Origin: Felis catus
Lineage: Eukaryota
Assembly (NCBI RefSeq): GCF_018350175.1
Contig: NC_058368.1
Location: 70,060,001-70,124,000, forward strand
Length of the DNA: 64,000 nucleotides
Direction of reading: 5' to 3'
The notes beneath the pieces are model-generated. The model searched no databases, was not told the origin of the DNA, and worked only from the letters and a program-made list of their open reading frames with translations. Both the position numbers and the translations under genes were made by a program. Of the stretch, positions 62,970-64,000 are shown piece after piece (position 1 is the stretch's first letter; every line of letters begins with the position of its first letter).

Positions 62970-63188
62970 TCTCTTTTAATTAAATGTTTTTAATGTTTAT
63001 TTTTCAGAGAGAGAGAGAGAGAGAGAGAAAGAAAGAACACCAGCAGAGAAACGACAGAGAGAGGGAGACCAGAATCCAAAGCAGAGCTGTCAGCACATAG
63101 CCCGACATGGGGCTCGAACCCATGAACTGTGAGATCATGACCTGAGCCGAAGTTGGATGCTTAACCGACTGAGCCATCCAGGCGCCCC
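62970..63188 (-). mobile_element. Can-SINE
   Basis: SINE body; flank tgctttttt duplicated. Confidence 0.88.
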
Positions 63189-64000
63189 TGCTTTTTTTCT
63201 AATAAGGGAGGGACTAATCATAAAACTTCCTAGCATTCTGTAACGTGGTTTAAAGGACAACTATTCCTCAGTACTGATTTGGCTTCTATTTATTTACTTA
63301 TTTTTACTGTTTACCAGCCACCAATACAGAGGTAATCTTTGTGACATCTTAATTCCAACAAAGAAGTGCCATTACAGGTTTTGGCTGATTAGTGGGCTGG
63401 AAAAAACCACTGAAGTGAGGTCCCCTAAAAGTAAGTTTTTTTTCCAGGCTTCTCAGGGGACCCTGTTAAGTGATGAATAATAACCAGACAGCTTGGTAAG
63501 GTGGAAAAACATACAGGCTTTGATCAGGCCCCATTGATCATGTGCATGGATCTGCACAGGTAAACTGAGTCTTCCTCTTCCCACCCATAAATGGCGACCC
63601 TAGAACTGACCTTGTGCAGACACTGCGAAGACGTGAGTCAAGTACAGAAAGTGTCTGACGCATCCTTGATCAGGCTCAGTAAGTGGTGCCGGCAGGATTT
63701 TAAATATCATGGATTCTACTTGACAAAGCAAAACAGGAGGGCCACAATTCATACCTCTCATCATTCTGCGACGGCTTTTCACACCAGCAGTAAATTCATA
63801 CTAATTGAACACTTTGTTCAAAACTCTCATCAACTGCTGAACACACAGGTAGATATAGATGTCACCGAGCTAGAGGCCAGCATGCAACCATTGTGCCTTA
63901 ACGTATGTGACACTAAAGAGCTACATCTTCAAATACAGATAAGCCTGTCTGCACAAAGGTGTGTGTGTTTGGGACAAGTAGGCAAACGTGATGATAAAAA

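Noticed and set aside
63600-63870. Possible upstream DOCK9 exon (donor-like aag|gtcagt; IYLCV resembles VYLCF)
   Set aside because: The surrounding translation does not match DOCK9 and contains stops; the expected exon fits the N gap at 62.6-62.8 kb better.
1-64000. CRISPR arrays, rRNA, intact tRNA genes or prokaryotic systems
   Set aside because: The sequence is mammalian. The recurring tRNA-like text is SINE heads, and no regularly spaced repeat-spacer array was seen.

Overview
Mammalian genomic DNA, most likely a felid (dense carnivore tRNA-derived SINEs including young SINEC_Fc-type copies, carnivore L1). Positions ~27.5-62.8 kb hold the 3' half of DOCK9 (zizimin-1, Cdc42 GEF) on the minus strand. 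Thirteen constitutive exons with GT-AG ends and consistent phases were traced by hand, covering the DHR2 region and ending in ...SSSSVV*. Also found: a 78-nt and a 36-nt in-frame cassette exon, an 8-nt microexon that creates a stop codon across its splice junction, and a ~1.15-kb 3' UTR with clustered Pumilio and miR-25/92 sites. One further exon, and probably a 6-nt microexon, appear to lie inside N gaps. Positions 1-27 kb are repeat-rich intergenic DNA. The most unexpected signal is at ~1.39-2.89 kb on the plus strand: a frameshifted, stop-containing relic whose translated motifs run collinear with the C-terminal KDZ/Zisupton-transposase-derived region of HMGXB3. A tailless, TSD-flanked 5'-half tRNA-Ile retrocopy sits in a DOCK9 intron. 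Protein and repeat identities rest on recalled reference sequences, not on searches; repeat boundaries are approximate unless TSDs are quoted.
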